Source of the DNA: Chrysomallon squamiferum
Lineage: Eukaryota; Animalia; Mollusca
Direction of reading: 5' to 3'
Length of the DNA: 64,000 nt
Assembly (NCBI GenBank): GCA_012295275.1
Contig: CM022673.1
Location: forward strand, 28,644,001-28,708,000
Positions within the stretch are counted from its first letter, which is position 1; every line of letters starts with the position of its first letter. Below are positions 42,991-55,712 of this stretch, in pieces. The translations under genes and the position numbers were made by a program. Below the pieces are notes generated by a model. The model saw nothing but the letters and a program-made list of their open reading frames with translations, did not search any database and was not told the DNA's origin.

Positions 42991-44331
42991 CGCGCGCATC
43001 TGTTTGCGGTTGTCGCAAATGGCTTTTTTAGAAAACAAGCTAGAATTATGCTAACTTTATACCGTGGTAATATCAGTTATTCGTTTTTGTAAAAAAAATT
43101 CTATATTCTTTTTGAATTATAAATATCATAACGTTCTGTCATTTTTGACAGGTATGTTGTCCTAGTTTCAAAAATGTTAATAATTCAGATCATTCGTGAC
43201 TTGCTTTGAACGAAGAAATGAAGAAAACGAATGAAAAATGAAAGAAAAATCGGAAAAGCAAAAAAGACTGAGGAAAACAAATCAAAAAAAAAAAAAAAAA
43301 AAAAGGAAAGATAGTGAAAGATTGAAAGAAAGAAATTAAGAGAAAAAAACAAACAAACTCGAAAATAAATGAAAAAGTAAAGAGGAAAAAACATTTAAGA
43401 AAAAAAAAAAAAAAAAAAAAAACTAAAAGAAAAGAAACCATTAGAAAAAGTTACCGTTAATAATAAGACGAGCTCTGATTGGTCGGTTTTGGGAAAGAGG
43501 TTAGTACGTAACAGGTCACCAGGACACGAAGCTCGCGCTGTTTAAATCTCGTGAAAGAAGAGTAACAAGTGAGAACTTTTAAGATCCAATTTTAATAAGT
43601 CTGTGTTTTGCGCCGAAATAAAATCGATGCAATTTTCAAGGATTTTACTTCAGACGCGTCATTTACAAAACCAAATCGATACGAAACCAATGAATAAATG
43701 CATGTTATTGGAAACAGCGATTGTACGCAACGGGCAGCAAGATGAACACAGACGCCATTATGTTTTTTCAGAGACACTTTACCTAATGACAGGGCGGGAA
43801 ATTGAAAGACGATGTGTACTTTACATTTCGCTCTTTGTTTTTTTAAACGTAACGAAACTGCTCTCGAAAAGATTAGAAAAGTATTTAAAAATCACTGAGC
43901 ATCTTAAATGAAAATATCTGTAATCTGTTCGAGATTTTTGAAATAATTGCATTTCTTACTGTTTCCTTTTTAGGGGTGGGTAGAGTTATTTTTTTTTAAT
44001 ATATATATTTTAATTAACTTTTTTTTTTTATTTATTATTTTATTTTTAGTTATTTTATTTTTTTCATTTTATTTTTTTTTTTTTTTTTTTGTGATTCCAT
44101 ATCGGTTTATTTATATGTTTTTATTAACTGTTTTCCAATTTAGTTCCAGAGTTTCATAAATGTAATATAAAAAAAAAACTAAAAAAACCCAGTAAATAAA
44201 ACGCTTTTTCTTCACTATGTTATGCTTAATGATCCCATAAAATAAATTTTATTTTATAAATTATATCACTTAAATCACACACACACGCACACGCAAATGC
44301 ATAGCACACCTTTTTCTCTCAAACACACATA

Positions 44332-44693
<362 letters not shown>

Positions 44694-45466
44694 CCAGACA
44701 TGAACTCATGCATACAAAACTCGTCTGATGATTGCTCTGGCGAGGACGGATTTTAATCAGTTTTCAAACACAATCCTGCCATAGATCCATTTCTTCACCT
44801 ACGTTACAGAAAGCTTTCTACAAAGTACACGTGCTCACAATACTTTCTCCACAACAGAAAAGACGTCATCTCCATTTGCATAATGCCTGCCAGACAGCTC
44901 ATTATTCTAGATTTGGCATCATTTCCTAAAGTTGACACCGTGTTCGAATTGATGGCTGTTGGAGATAGCTCTTTCGCTTTGGAAACTCTCGTTGACACTG
45001 GGGAAGCCTGTTTTGTCTGAATTCATCAACGGAACACACTTAATCACTGTAAAGCTTCAGAAATATACTGTCTTGCATGCTTCACTAGCAGACTGTAATA
45101 ACTGTGCTTAGAACACACACACGGTTAAGGATGCAATACGCAAGATCTGTAGCCAGACTCAGAACCTTTCAGTGAGCGCTCGCAATAAATAACCCTTTCT
45201 GATAGCTAACAGTTGCACTTTCAATACCTTGTTACAATAGTAAATTATACAGTCTCTGCTTCATTTGCTGGAGTTGTTTAATTGTCCTGAAACAGTTGTA
45301 GGGCTGTTCATTCAAATATGATGTATATATTTGGATAACATTCGTAATAAGTTCTGTTTAAAAGGATTTTTTTAATTAAATAGCAATAGTAGTAGAAGTA
45401 ATTGTAGTTGCCGTGGTAGTACCAGTAGTAGCGGTTGTTGTTGTAGTGGTGGTGGTGGTGGTGGTG

Positions 45467-45508
<42 letters not shown>

Positions 45509-46290
45509 TCAGTGGCAGTGTTTGTGGCTGTGGTGTTATCAGTACCTCAAGAACTGTAACAGTACTTGTTCATGATTACGTTGCCACTGGTGTTTCAAAA
45601 TTTCATCTGTCTTTCCTATCCTATTAATAGTGATGTTGATGTTGTCATTATTTTTGTTGTTTTTGTCTTTCCATCTCCCAAAATAAATTACATTAAACTA
45701 TTAAATTCTTAACTTTTTTGTTTTTTGTTCTTAATCAATTTTTTTCTACCTATTTCATTTCATTTCATTTCATTTTTTTTTTTTTTTTTTTCTTTTCTTG
45801 CATTGATTCACACGTCAGCACCCTGGCTTTTGTTTGACATGTTCTTATCATTCATTTCGTTCTGACGTTACGCAAAGCGCAAAGTTTATATCAAACAACT
45901 GGGTTTGTTTATCAGTTTGTCTCTTCTCACTGGTCCTGAAATAAATAGAATACTTATTTTCAGGTATTTCAAGATTTACTGTCTTACATTTTTTTATTTT
46001 TTTATTTTTTATTTTATTTTTTTCATTTTCCTGTGGAAGTTGATGATGAAGAATACGATTAAACTGAAATTATACGGCATAGAAACCAAATAACACAGAA
46101 TTGTAGATAACCTTTTTCTTGGTGGAATTTATATTCGGTAAACAGTACTTTTGTTTTAATTTTCGTACTGGTAACAAATCTGTGATATCTCTGTGAGCAT
46201 GATATGGTAAGATTAAATTTATGTATTTCATATACCTAATAACTAATGTTCTTATCTGATAGATGTGTATGTTTGTTATTAAATGTGTTT

Positions 46291-46447
<157 letters not shown>

Positions 46448-47261
46448 TTAGAAATAAACACACTGTGGATGGGTTGTTTTTCGTAACTTATTGCAGATTA
46501 GAGAGAAGTGAGAATACAGTTTGTTTTGTTCCAGAACCACATTAGCTGTGACAGATGAATAAATGAATGAATGTATAAGTGAATGTATGAATAAATGAAT
46601 GCAACAATGAATAAAAGAAGAGAAAAGAAAGAAAGAACGGAAGGATAGGGCTCAGAATCATAAAGGTATCACAGACGATCGAAACGAGATGTTATTATTG
46701 TTGTTAACAGTTTCAGTTTAGTTCGACATTTTTAATACTGTTCATGATTCATTGATTCCAGTATGAACAGCGGCACATGCACTGATGATTCTTATTTCAG
46801 AAGTTTAGGTACTCAACAGAATTTAGGAGATGTATTAATAATTTATAACCAAAGAAAGTTAGTATCAGAGAGAGAGAGAGAGACAGAGAGACAGAGACAG
46901 AGAGAGAGACAGAGAGACAGGATGACATGGGAAACAACATAATTAGACAGCCAAGCAAAGACAAAGACAAGGACAGAAAATGAGACAGAGGCAGACAAAC
47001 AGACAGAGATGTATTCAAAGAATTACCCAACAAGTGCTTATAGAACTGGAAAGAAAGACGTTAAGATAAAATTTCCATCAGATCATCATCGTCATCATCA
47101 TCATTGTCGTCATCATTATTACAGAGTTAACACACCAGCATGTTAATATTCCCACTAAAACCACATCCATCGGTTTACGGAGTTACAAAATATAAACAAG
47201 AGTAACGTGTAAATCTAATGATACCTGATGAAACTGATGTTATTTTTGCTTTCTTTTTCAG

Positions 47262-47386
47262 GTTTCGTCGGAAAGGCGAAAAGTTTCTTCATAGCAAGTA
47301 CATTGTGATATGTGTGATAATTCTCACAATAACCGATTGTGCCCTTGTAATAACGGAACTTATACTTGATCTGTGCAGTGTCAAAC
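47262..47386 (+). CDS. HVCN1: Internal exon of a voltage-gated proton channel (Hv family): S0 and S1 helices
   Basis: Translation FRRKGEKFLHSKYIVICVIILTITDCALVITELILDLCSVK aligns by eye with human Hv1 [40 protein letters not shown]. D112 (GAT 47335-47337), E119 and D123 equivalents are conserved. Acceptor ttctttttcag| and donor |gtaagt; phase 2 in, phase 1 out. Confidence 0.88.
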
Positions 47387-47550
47387 GTAAGTACCCGTAT
47401 GTATGTATGTATGTTTTAGAAATAGCGTCTGACTGAACTGTATGAAAGGTACGTTAAGTTTATAAACGAGATGAACGCAATACGTTTTAAACGAAATTGT
47501 GACTGTTTTATCGTTTCTTTAGTATTATTTTTATTATTATTATTATTATT

Positions 47551-47616
<66 letters not shown>

Positions 47617-48287
47617 ACAACAACAACAACTTCTTCGTTTTTTTTGTTGTTGTTTGTTTTTGTGTTTTTTTCTTTATATTTTGTTGTTGGTTTTTTTTGT
47701 TTTCCATTTTTTAATTAATTAAACATTTTAAAAAATCCCTTTGTGTAACTTTGACGGAATGAGGTCACGTAACTGTGATAATACAAAGTTTGATTATGAA
47801 ATGGAGGCGCCAAATTGAAATAAACCATCTGTAAAGATTATTGTCATGTTGCTCCTAAAATAGACTGGCAAAACCCAAGATTACATACATGAATGAAATG
47901 ATGTGTGACATCGCATCCTGTACAAAAATAGAACCGAAAAGTTGAAAGAAAATGTTTTAATTCGAGACTTAAACAGACTGAACGAGATTACGTTTTCATT
48001 CAGAAAACCCAGAAGAAAAAAATATAAAAAAGTTGATATTCTTAACAGCGTACGTTACTGAAGATGACATTTTTAAATTTTATGAGAAGCAGGAATGTTA
48101 AGAGATGAATCGATGTCTGCAGTCGTGAAAAAATCGATTAGATAGAATTACCGAAAGCGTGAATAAAATTTTTATCGGAAAAAATAGGAAAAAATAAGAC
48201 ATTGCATTAAAGAAAGAAAAAAAAAAAAAAGGAAAGATGAATAAAAAAGAATGAAGAAAAGAAAGCAGTTTATAGCCATTTAAAATC

Positions 48288-48535
48288 GCAGATTTAAATA
48301 TTACGTAATACGTAGTTTCAATTTTACGTAATATGTTCAGTATTACGAAATATATTATTTCAATATTACGTCATATCTAACTGAAATATTAAAAATCAAA
48401 TTTTTAATGCGCAATGTTATGCATTATATGCAGATATCTTACGTAATATATAATTTCATTTTTACGTAATATGTTCAGTATTACGTAATATATTATTTCA
48501 ATATTACGTCATATCTAATTGAAATATCAAAAATA
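48288..48535. repeat. Tandem duplication with 138-bp period, rich in TTACGTAA/TTACGTCA
   Basis: Matching motifs at 48301/48439, 48324/48462 and 48366/48504 (offset 138). A partial third start occurs near 48598. Confidence 0.85.
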
Positions 48536-48833
48536 AATTCTTAGTATCACTTATAATGGAAATTCCTCAAAAATATCCAAAAACCTTTGTTAATACACAA
48601 TGTTATGCATTAACTACAGATGTCTTACAAATCAATATCATCTTCCTGGACTGAATACAACAGGTACTTGAACCTATCCTGACACCTTAAGCTTAACCAC
48701 ATTTAAATTCAAACACAACACAATTACGTCATAACCCAACACTTTACAAATATTCCTTACAATAATTAACTTCATCTTCCTCATCTCACAGTGTATTTAT
48801 ATTTATATTTATTTTCTTTCCTTCTTACATTTT

Positions 48834-48871
<38 letters not shown>

Positions 48872-49524
48872 CTTGGATTTCATCTTGAATATTTACCGTT
48901 TCCTCGACTCACAGCCTCTATTTCAGTTCCTCGGGTCAGAATTATTTTTAAAAAGCCGAGGTAAATGCAAAAACTGTCAGAAAGATTTCACGTCATTAGC
49001 CCGATTGTCATCGGTGTCCAGGAATAGGGTGCTTAATTTGTGACGGAGATTGCAGGAAATGACCGAAAGTCGAAATAACTTTAAAGCGACCTACGTATCC
49101 ACTGATAAAAACTGACAGCCGATCGTAATGATCGTGATGACGATTCTAACAGCAGTTGCAGGAGATATGAAGATAATTTCATTATTTATTTGTTTGTTTG
49201 TTTTCGAAAAACGTTTTCTCAAGGGTATTTCAAGAAGGAAGGTCTGACATGAAGTTTATATTTAATAGTGTATTTTTTTGTTGTTGAGGGTCGATCTCAA
49301 CATTTTTTTTTTTTTTTATTATTATTTTTTTATATATATAAATGTATTAGAATTAATTTATCTGTTTGTTTTTGTAATTGTTGTTGTTGCTGCTGCTTTT
49401 CGTATTGTTTTTTGTTGTTGTTGTTGTTGTTGCTGGGTTTTTTTTGTGGGAGGTTTGTATAGGATTTTATGTTTGTGTGTGAATTTTGTGATTGTGTTTG
49501 CGTGTGGGTATGCATGATTCTGTG

Positions 49525-49557
<33 letters not shown>

Positions 49558-50413
49558 CTGGTAATTAATAAAATCATGTTTTTCCATATTCAGATAATAA
49601 ATGCTGCTGTGAATGAAGACCCCTGCTTTACAAGGAGTCTATCAGATAAACCACTCCCTGTTTCATTTCACTGAAATTAATTATTATACACTGACTGTGG
49701 CGGTTTCGACAAACAATTCTTTTTATCACACGCTGGTTCATCATATGAGCGTAGATGAATGTCGATAAAGCTTAAGGAATAATCTGCAGAGATTCCAAAA
49801 ATAGACCGCTGTATGGCACCAAAAAAATATCGACATTTAGGTGCAAAGGCACTTATTTTATGTTTTTCAAAGTCACTTTGTTTAACCTTTGTTTTTTCAA
49901 AATGTCGTTTGTCTCGTTCGGTTTAAAGAAAAGAAAATTCGGATAATACCGTTAGACAGGGTGAAAGAGTTCTAAGCGAATTTTTTTTTATTTTTTAGTT
50001 TATGTTTTATAATTCGTTTTATTCTTATTTTTGGTGTTTATTGATTATTTATTTAACTTCTTTTTATCTCTGATTTTTTCGGTTGTTTTTTTTTGTTTTG
50101 TTTTTGTTTTTTTTTTTTTTTTTTTTTTTTTGTTGTTGTTGTTTCGTTGGCAGATGCTTACTTTTGTCAGTTTTTGACAGTTTTTTTTTTTTTTTTTTTT
50201 TTTTTTTCGGTAATGTTTGTTTATTTGTCTTGTATTGTTTTGCTTTGTTTTATTTTACTACTATTTTCTTTTGGGCGAGGGTCATAATTTGGTTAGTCTG
50301 TTTATATATAAAAAAAATAATTATCGATTCTATTTTCTTTTTAATTTTACCAATTTTTATTCTTATTTTTATTTTTATTCTTATTTTTTGTTTGTTCTTT
50401 TTTCTTTCTTTTA

Positions 50414-50452
<39 letters not shown>

Positions 50453-50765
50453 CTCGTATCGTTCCTAGCAGATTGACAGGAACAAATTCAAGCTATCAGA
50501 TACAGTTGTAATAGATTTCAGCTCGTTGTCATGGAGATAACCCGCCGTCCAATTACAGCTCACACAAAACACTTGTCGTTTTCGTCCGGATCATTTACAC
50601 GGAAATTTATTATCAATCGCAAATCTATTTCCACTTTCTTTTTTTTTTCCAATTAATTTAATCATTTAGGTTTCATTACACTTTAACTTCAGATAGTTCT
50701 TTTTTATTATTACGAAATCCTTTTTCTTAATTTTTTAATTTTTTTTTTTAAATTATATATATATA

Positions 50766-50796
<31 letters not shown>

Positions 50797-50797
50797 A

Positions 50798-50842
<45 letters not shown>

Positions 50843-51688
50843 CATACACTAACTGCACCAGAAATCAAAAATGTTTTACTTAATACAAACAAAATAAAAT
50901 AAAAATTAACCTTATAAAAACTTATAATATGAACTTATGCGATTAATAATTATATAAAAATAAAAGTTGTTCCGAAAACAATTATGAATAAGCGCACTTT
51001 TGAAATGAACGTAACACGGAGTACCGTCTGCTTCGGTCACGTGACTAACAAATCAATCAATACTTAACACAACAGTAAGCAAAAAAAAGACGAGAAAAAA
51101 AGGTGCCACTTTATATTCATTAATCCATCGTAACTGACAAATACGGTTTGATTTATGGCGTGTTTAACCACGAGAATATAAAATCTATTTTAATGTAATA
51201 ATAACCGAACCAGTAAAGTTGAAAATGCGTTTAGTAAAACTTTTCAAAAAATAGATTGAAAAAAAATAAATAAAAAAAATAAAAAAAATAGATGCATAAC
51301 AAAATACAGGTGTGTGGGGGGGGATTCGAAGGACCGGATTTCATAAACAAAGGATTTTTTATATATATATATAAATACAGAAGATTAATTTTAAGGATAA
51401 AATAAGTAGAGCTATCAATTCTGAAAAGCCAATTTGTTACGTAACATTTGGGACTGGCAAACTAATATAACGTATTTCTGTTGTTTGTTTGTTTGTTGTT
51501 GTTGTTGGAGGTTATTTATTTATTTATTATTATTTTTTGCTGTTGTTGTTGTTATTTCTTTCTTGCGTATTTCCGTTTCCTTTTTCAACTTTTATTGAAA
51601 AATGTTTTGCCAGAAGAAAATGAGTTTTACCTGTCCGCACCGATTACACCTGTAGTTAGAGATATTTAGTTTTGCGTTCTCATTTATA

Positions 51689-51846
51689 ATGTATGTATGT
51701 ATGTATGTGTATGTGTATGTATGTATGTATGTGTGTGTGTGTATAGGTGTATGTATGTATGTGTGTGTATGTATGTATGTATGTATGTATGTATGTATGT
51801 GTGTGTGTGTAAATGTATTTTGTGTATGTATGTATGTATATGTATG

Positions 51847-51889
<43 letters not shown>

Positions 51890-52030
51890 GCATGTTTGTA
51901 TATATGTATGTATTATGTATGTATATATGTATGTATGTTTGTATGTATGTATGTATGTATGTATGTTTGTACGTTTGTATCTGTGTATATATGTATTTAT
52001 GTGTGGATATAAGTGCATATGTACATATGT
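51689..52030. repeat. (TATG)n degenerate microsatellite
   Basis: Direct reading. Confidence 0.95.
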
Positions 52031-52227
52031 ATGAATAGATGTCTGCAGGTAGGCTGGCATATATATTATGGTAGCTAGGTAGACGGGTACATAGATATAA
52101 AGAAGAATACAAAACATATCTTACTGAATAACAGAATTAACAGGACATCAGCAGTATATAAAATGTTTATGTTTCAAATATAACACCTCTTAGTAAAAGT
52201 ATACTTAACTGAAGGTTTGCTATCTCA

Positions 52228-52355
<128 letters not shown>

Positions 52356-53069
52356 ACAAAGACTAGTTAATCAGTACTTTCGAGTTCGCTACTATGTTAA
52401 CCCGGTCCTCGTTTTTACGGTTTCTGCCTTATCTCATTTAACCCAGAACCACTGATTCTAAACCTCATAAAACTGCTCCTCTATTGCAGCATCGTACAGC
52501 AGTTTAATATCTTTTTCTTGGGTTTTTTACAAGACTGACGCTTCTCATTTTATTTTCAGTCTCGGGCGATTCAGTGACCGCTCGGTTGTAACTTTTATTA
52601 CGTCGTCTATAAACCGTCTCTCGTTACACAACCTTGCGTCATATCAACTTTTATTACGCAATAAACCGTAGCATAGCCGACATCCATTTAATACTCAAAA
52701 CTGTGTTTTGTTATTTATATAATATAATCATCGTGCGTGTTGTTGTGTTTGTTTGTGAGGGTTTTTTTTTTTAATTATTTTTTTCTTTTTCTTTTTATTA
52801 TTATTGTTATTTATATATTTTTTTTTTGTTGTTGTTGTAGTTGTTGTTTAGGAGAATATTCATGACGTCATAAAATGGGAGTCTTCATTTTAGTTAATAT
52901 AATCTTCGTAGATGAAATGGGGTTTAGTAAAATGATCAAAAAACAAAAGACAACTAAAGAGTGTCAGTCAGTCTTTTTCTTTCGGTATATTCTAAATATG
53001 TTAATAATCTACTAAAAATATATATATATAAATAATATAAAAATTGTTTTAATTTTTTTATTTTTCCAG

Positions 53070-53485
53070 AAAATCTTTCTGACTATGACGAGATGACATA
53101 CAAGTTTGTTCAGGATTTGAAATCGCGTTATCCAATGCAATTCAAGGAAAATAAGACAGATCTGTATTTGTTTTACCAGCGTCTGGTTAATGCAACGATT
53201 CTGTGGAATTCAGGGGAAAGCAACTCTACCTCAATGGAATTTATTGTGAAATTTCATGACAGATCCGCACTGGACGGAAACAGCTCCGCACGGAATAAAA
53301 GGAGCAGCGGAAGTGTATCTGTGAATGGAGATTACTCCGGTTCTGCGGCTGCGCATTCGACGCCGGGAATGGGCAGGATTTACGTTCGAAATTCCACCAT
53401 TGCTCACGAAGCATCTAATGAACTTGAAATAGCTCACAAATTGCACTATGCGAGTCTCGCCGTTTTATCCGTTCTGCTTATAGAG
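53070..53485 (+). CDS. HVCN1: Internal exon of the Hv channel: long extracellular S1-S2 loop and S2 helix
   Basis: 416-nt open, complex-sequence exon. It ends IAHKLHYASLAVLSVLLIE, matching human S2 AAMVFHYMSITILVFFMME (H140, Y141, S143, L147, E153 conserved). Acceptor tttttccag| and donor GAG|gtaagt; phase matches the upstream exon. Confidence 0.88.
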
Positions 53486-53769
53486 GTAAGTGGGTCGAAT
53501 GAAGAGTTGCTGCTTGTAAACACGCACTTGAGTAAGCAAACAACAGACGTGAGCGTGAAAATCTGAAAATACGCGCTAATTGCACGAGTAAGAGAAATTT
53601 AAAACTTACAAGTCAGCGCTCACGTTAATGTGCAACAACAGATCTCCAAACTGTAAACAAACACGCTAACAACATATGTGTTCGCTTAATGAATGGCATT
53701 GAAACAGAAATTTGAAATACGTACACACGTGCATTTGTATAAACACTGAAACGTGCCAAAATGAACTAT

Positions 53770-54090
53770 ATACATGCATATATACTTATATACATACACA
53801 GACACATAATACATACATAGTTGTACATACATAGATACATACATACATACATACTTACATTTATACATACACAGACACATACATACATACATACATAGTT
53901 ATACACACACAGATACATACATACATACTTACATTTATACATACATATACACACGTACATACATACAGTTATACATACGTACATGCATACATATATAGAG
54001 AAATAGATATTATGACAGACAAATATACAGACAGATAGAAAGATAGACAGACAGACAGACAGATAGATAGACAAATAGATAGAGAGATAT
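53770..54090. repeat. (TACA)n then (GACA/GATA)n degenerate microsatellites
   Basis: Direct reading. Confidence 0.9.
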
Positions 54091-54311
54091 AGATCAGCTG
54101 ATACTTCTTTGCTACATTTCTGCAAACGTTTATTAACTTGTCATTAAAAAAATATAAACAAATCTGGCCTTGATTACAACAGTATGTTATATGTACAGGC
54201 AAAGACAGATTATTTTACACTCAAAATGTTTAGATACGTAAGGTCATGACCGAAAGATTATTATTCAGTAATAGTGATCTTTTGGCTAGTTACTATTTAC
54301 TTGTTTATTAT

Positions 54312-54359
<48 letters not shown>

Positions 54360-55416
54360 ACATTTAAAACAGCAAACATATAAACTCGATAATTATATTG
54401 AATATGAAGCACTGTATCTGAAAAGTGGCTGAGATATATATATATATATTTATATATATATATATACGGAAGAGCCTCTGGCAGTTATCACGTCTATTAA
54501 CGTACATGATGAGTATAAAAGGATTCTGGAATTACAAAGTTATCAGTGACTAATTCCGTGCTTTGTGTGGGTACTGGGCCGGGGGGGGGGGGTATTTAAT
54601 CAATACAGTGGAAATCTGCTTATCACAACGACAAGCAATAGAAGATGTTAGTTCTGTTGTTTTATTTTATGTGTGGCAGAATAAATCTCACACCTTTGAA
54701 AAAGCTGCACTTTCTGTTGTGACAAATCACCTACTTATCTGTCGATGTATGTAATGTCCGTTTGAATAAACCTTTCTTTCGGTTGTATTTACATTTTAAA
54801 TTTTGTATTATCTCAGGTCACGTGGTTTTCGTTAAAGCGATTGTTCGTGGGGTTATTGATCTTGTTCCTTTACAAGTGATCTATTTCACATTTAATTATT
54901 TTTTTTCTTTAATTAGTATTACTGCAACAAAGACGTAATCAAAACCTACACAGATGAACACAATCAAATCTGCACTTTTAAGAGTTTATGAAATGGCAAG
55001 ATTTTTTTTGAGCAATTTTTTTTTTTTCTCTAATGATGAACGAGGCATTTCTTAGACATCTGAGAATAGCTTATGGGTATAATAATGTATTAGCTTGGAT
55101 CGAAAGAAAGTTTAAGAAATCAACCGTAATGTGATAGAAACGCGTTTTTTTGTGTGTGTGTGTGTGTTTTTTCATGGGACAAGGTTTTTTCATTTTCGCG
55201 ATATTTCATTATTTCCTAACGTCACAAACTCAACAATTCGCTTGTTACCAAGAAGTCTGGTCACAGAGTTCTGTGCTAATCTGATCAAGTAATATTTCAA
55301 ATTTTCACAAGTAACGGCACTTACACAAGTGAAACTGAGGGCAGAAATAACGATTTAAATGACCGGAGTAATATCGGAGTTTTAATGACAGTAAAAGATA
55401 CAATTAAAATCAGCAT

Positions 55417-55557
55417 TAGTAGTAGTTGTAGTAGCAGTAGTGGCTGTGTTTGTCATGACTGTGATGTTGATGTTGATGGTGGTGGTAGTGATGGAGATAG
55501 TAGGAAGAAGTAGTAGTAGTAGAAGTAGTTCTAGTAGTAGTAGTAGCAGCAGCAGCA

Positions 55558-55600
<43 letters not shown>

Positions 55601-55712
55601 CAATAGCAACAATAGCAGTAGTAGAAGCAGTAGTGGTTGTATCAGTGGTAATAACAGTAGGGCGTAGTCATGGTAGTAGTTGTTGTTGTTAATATGTAGT
55701 TGTAGTAATGAT
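55417..55712. repeat. (AGT/AGC/GGT)n trinucleotide low-complexity region
   Basis: Direct reading. Confidence 0.85.

Noticed and set aside
43475-43575. CTGATTGG box plus weak donor (CAA|GTGAGA) as an alternative first exon
   Set aside because: A single motif and a weak donor, with no ATG giving the required phase. Insufficient evidence.
54817-54879. Phase-0 acceptor followed by VTWFSLKRLFVGLLILFLYK* as the next Hv exon
   Set aside because: It lacks the conserved FF..K.E..D S2-S3 motif, hits a stop and has no donor. At most a cryptic terminal exon.
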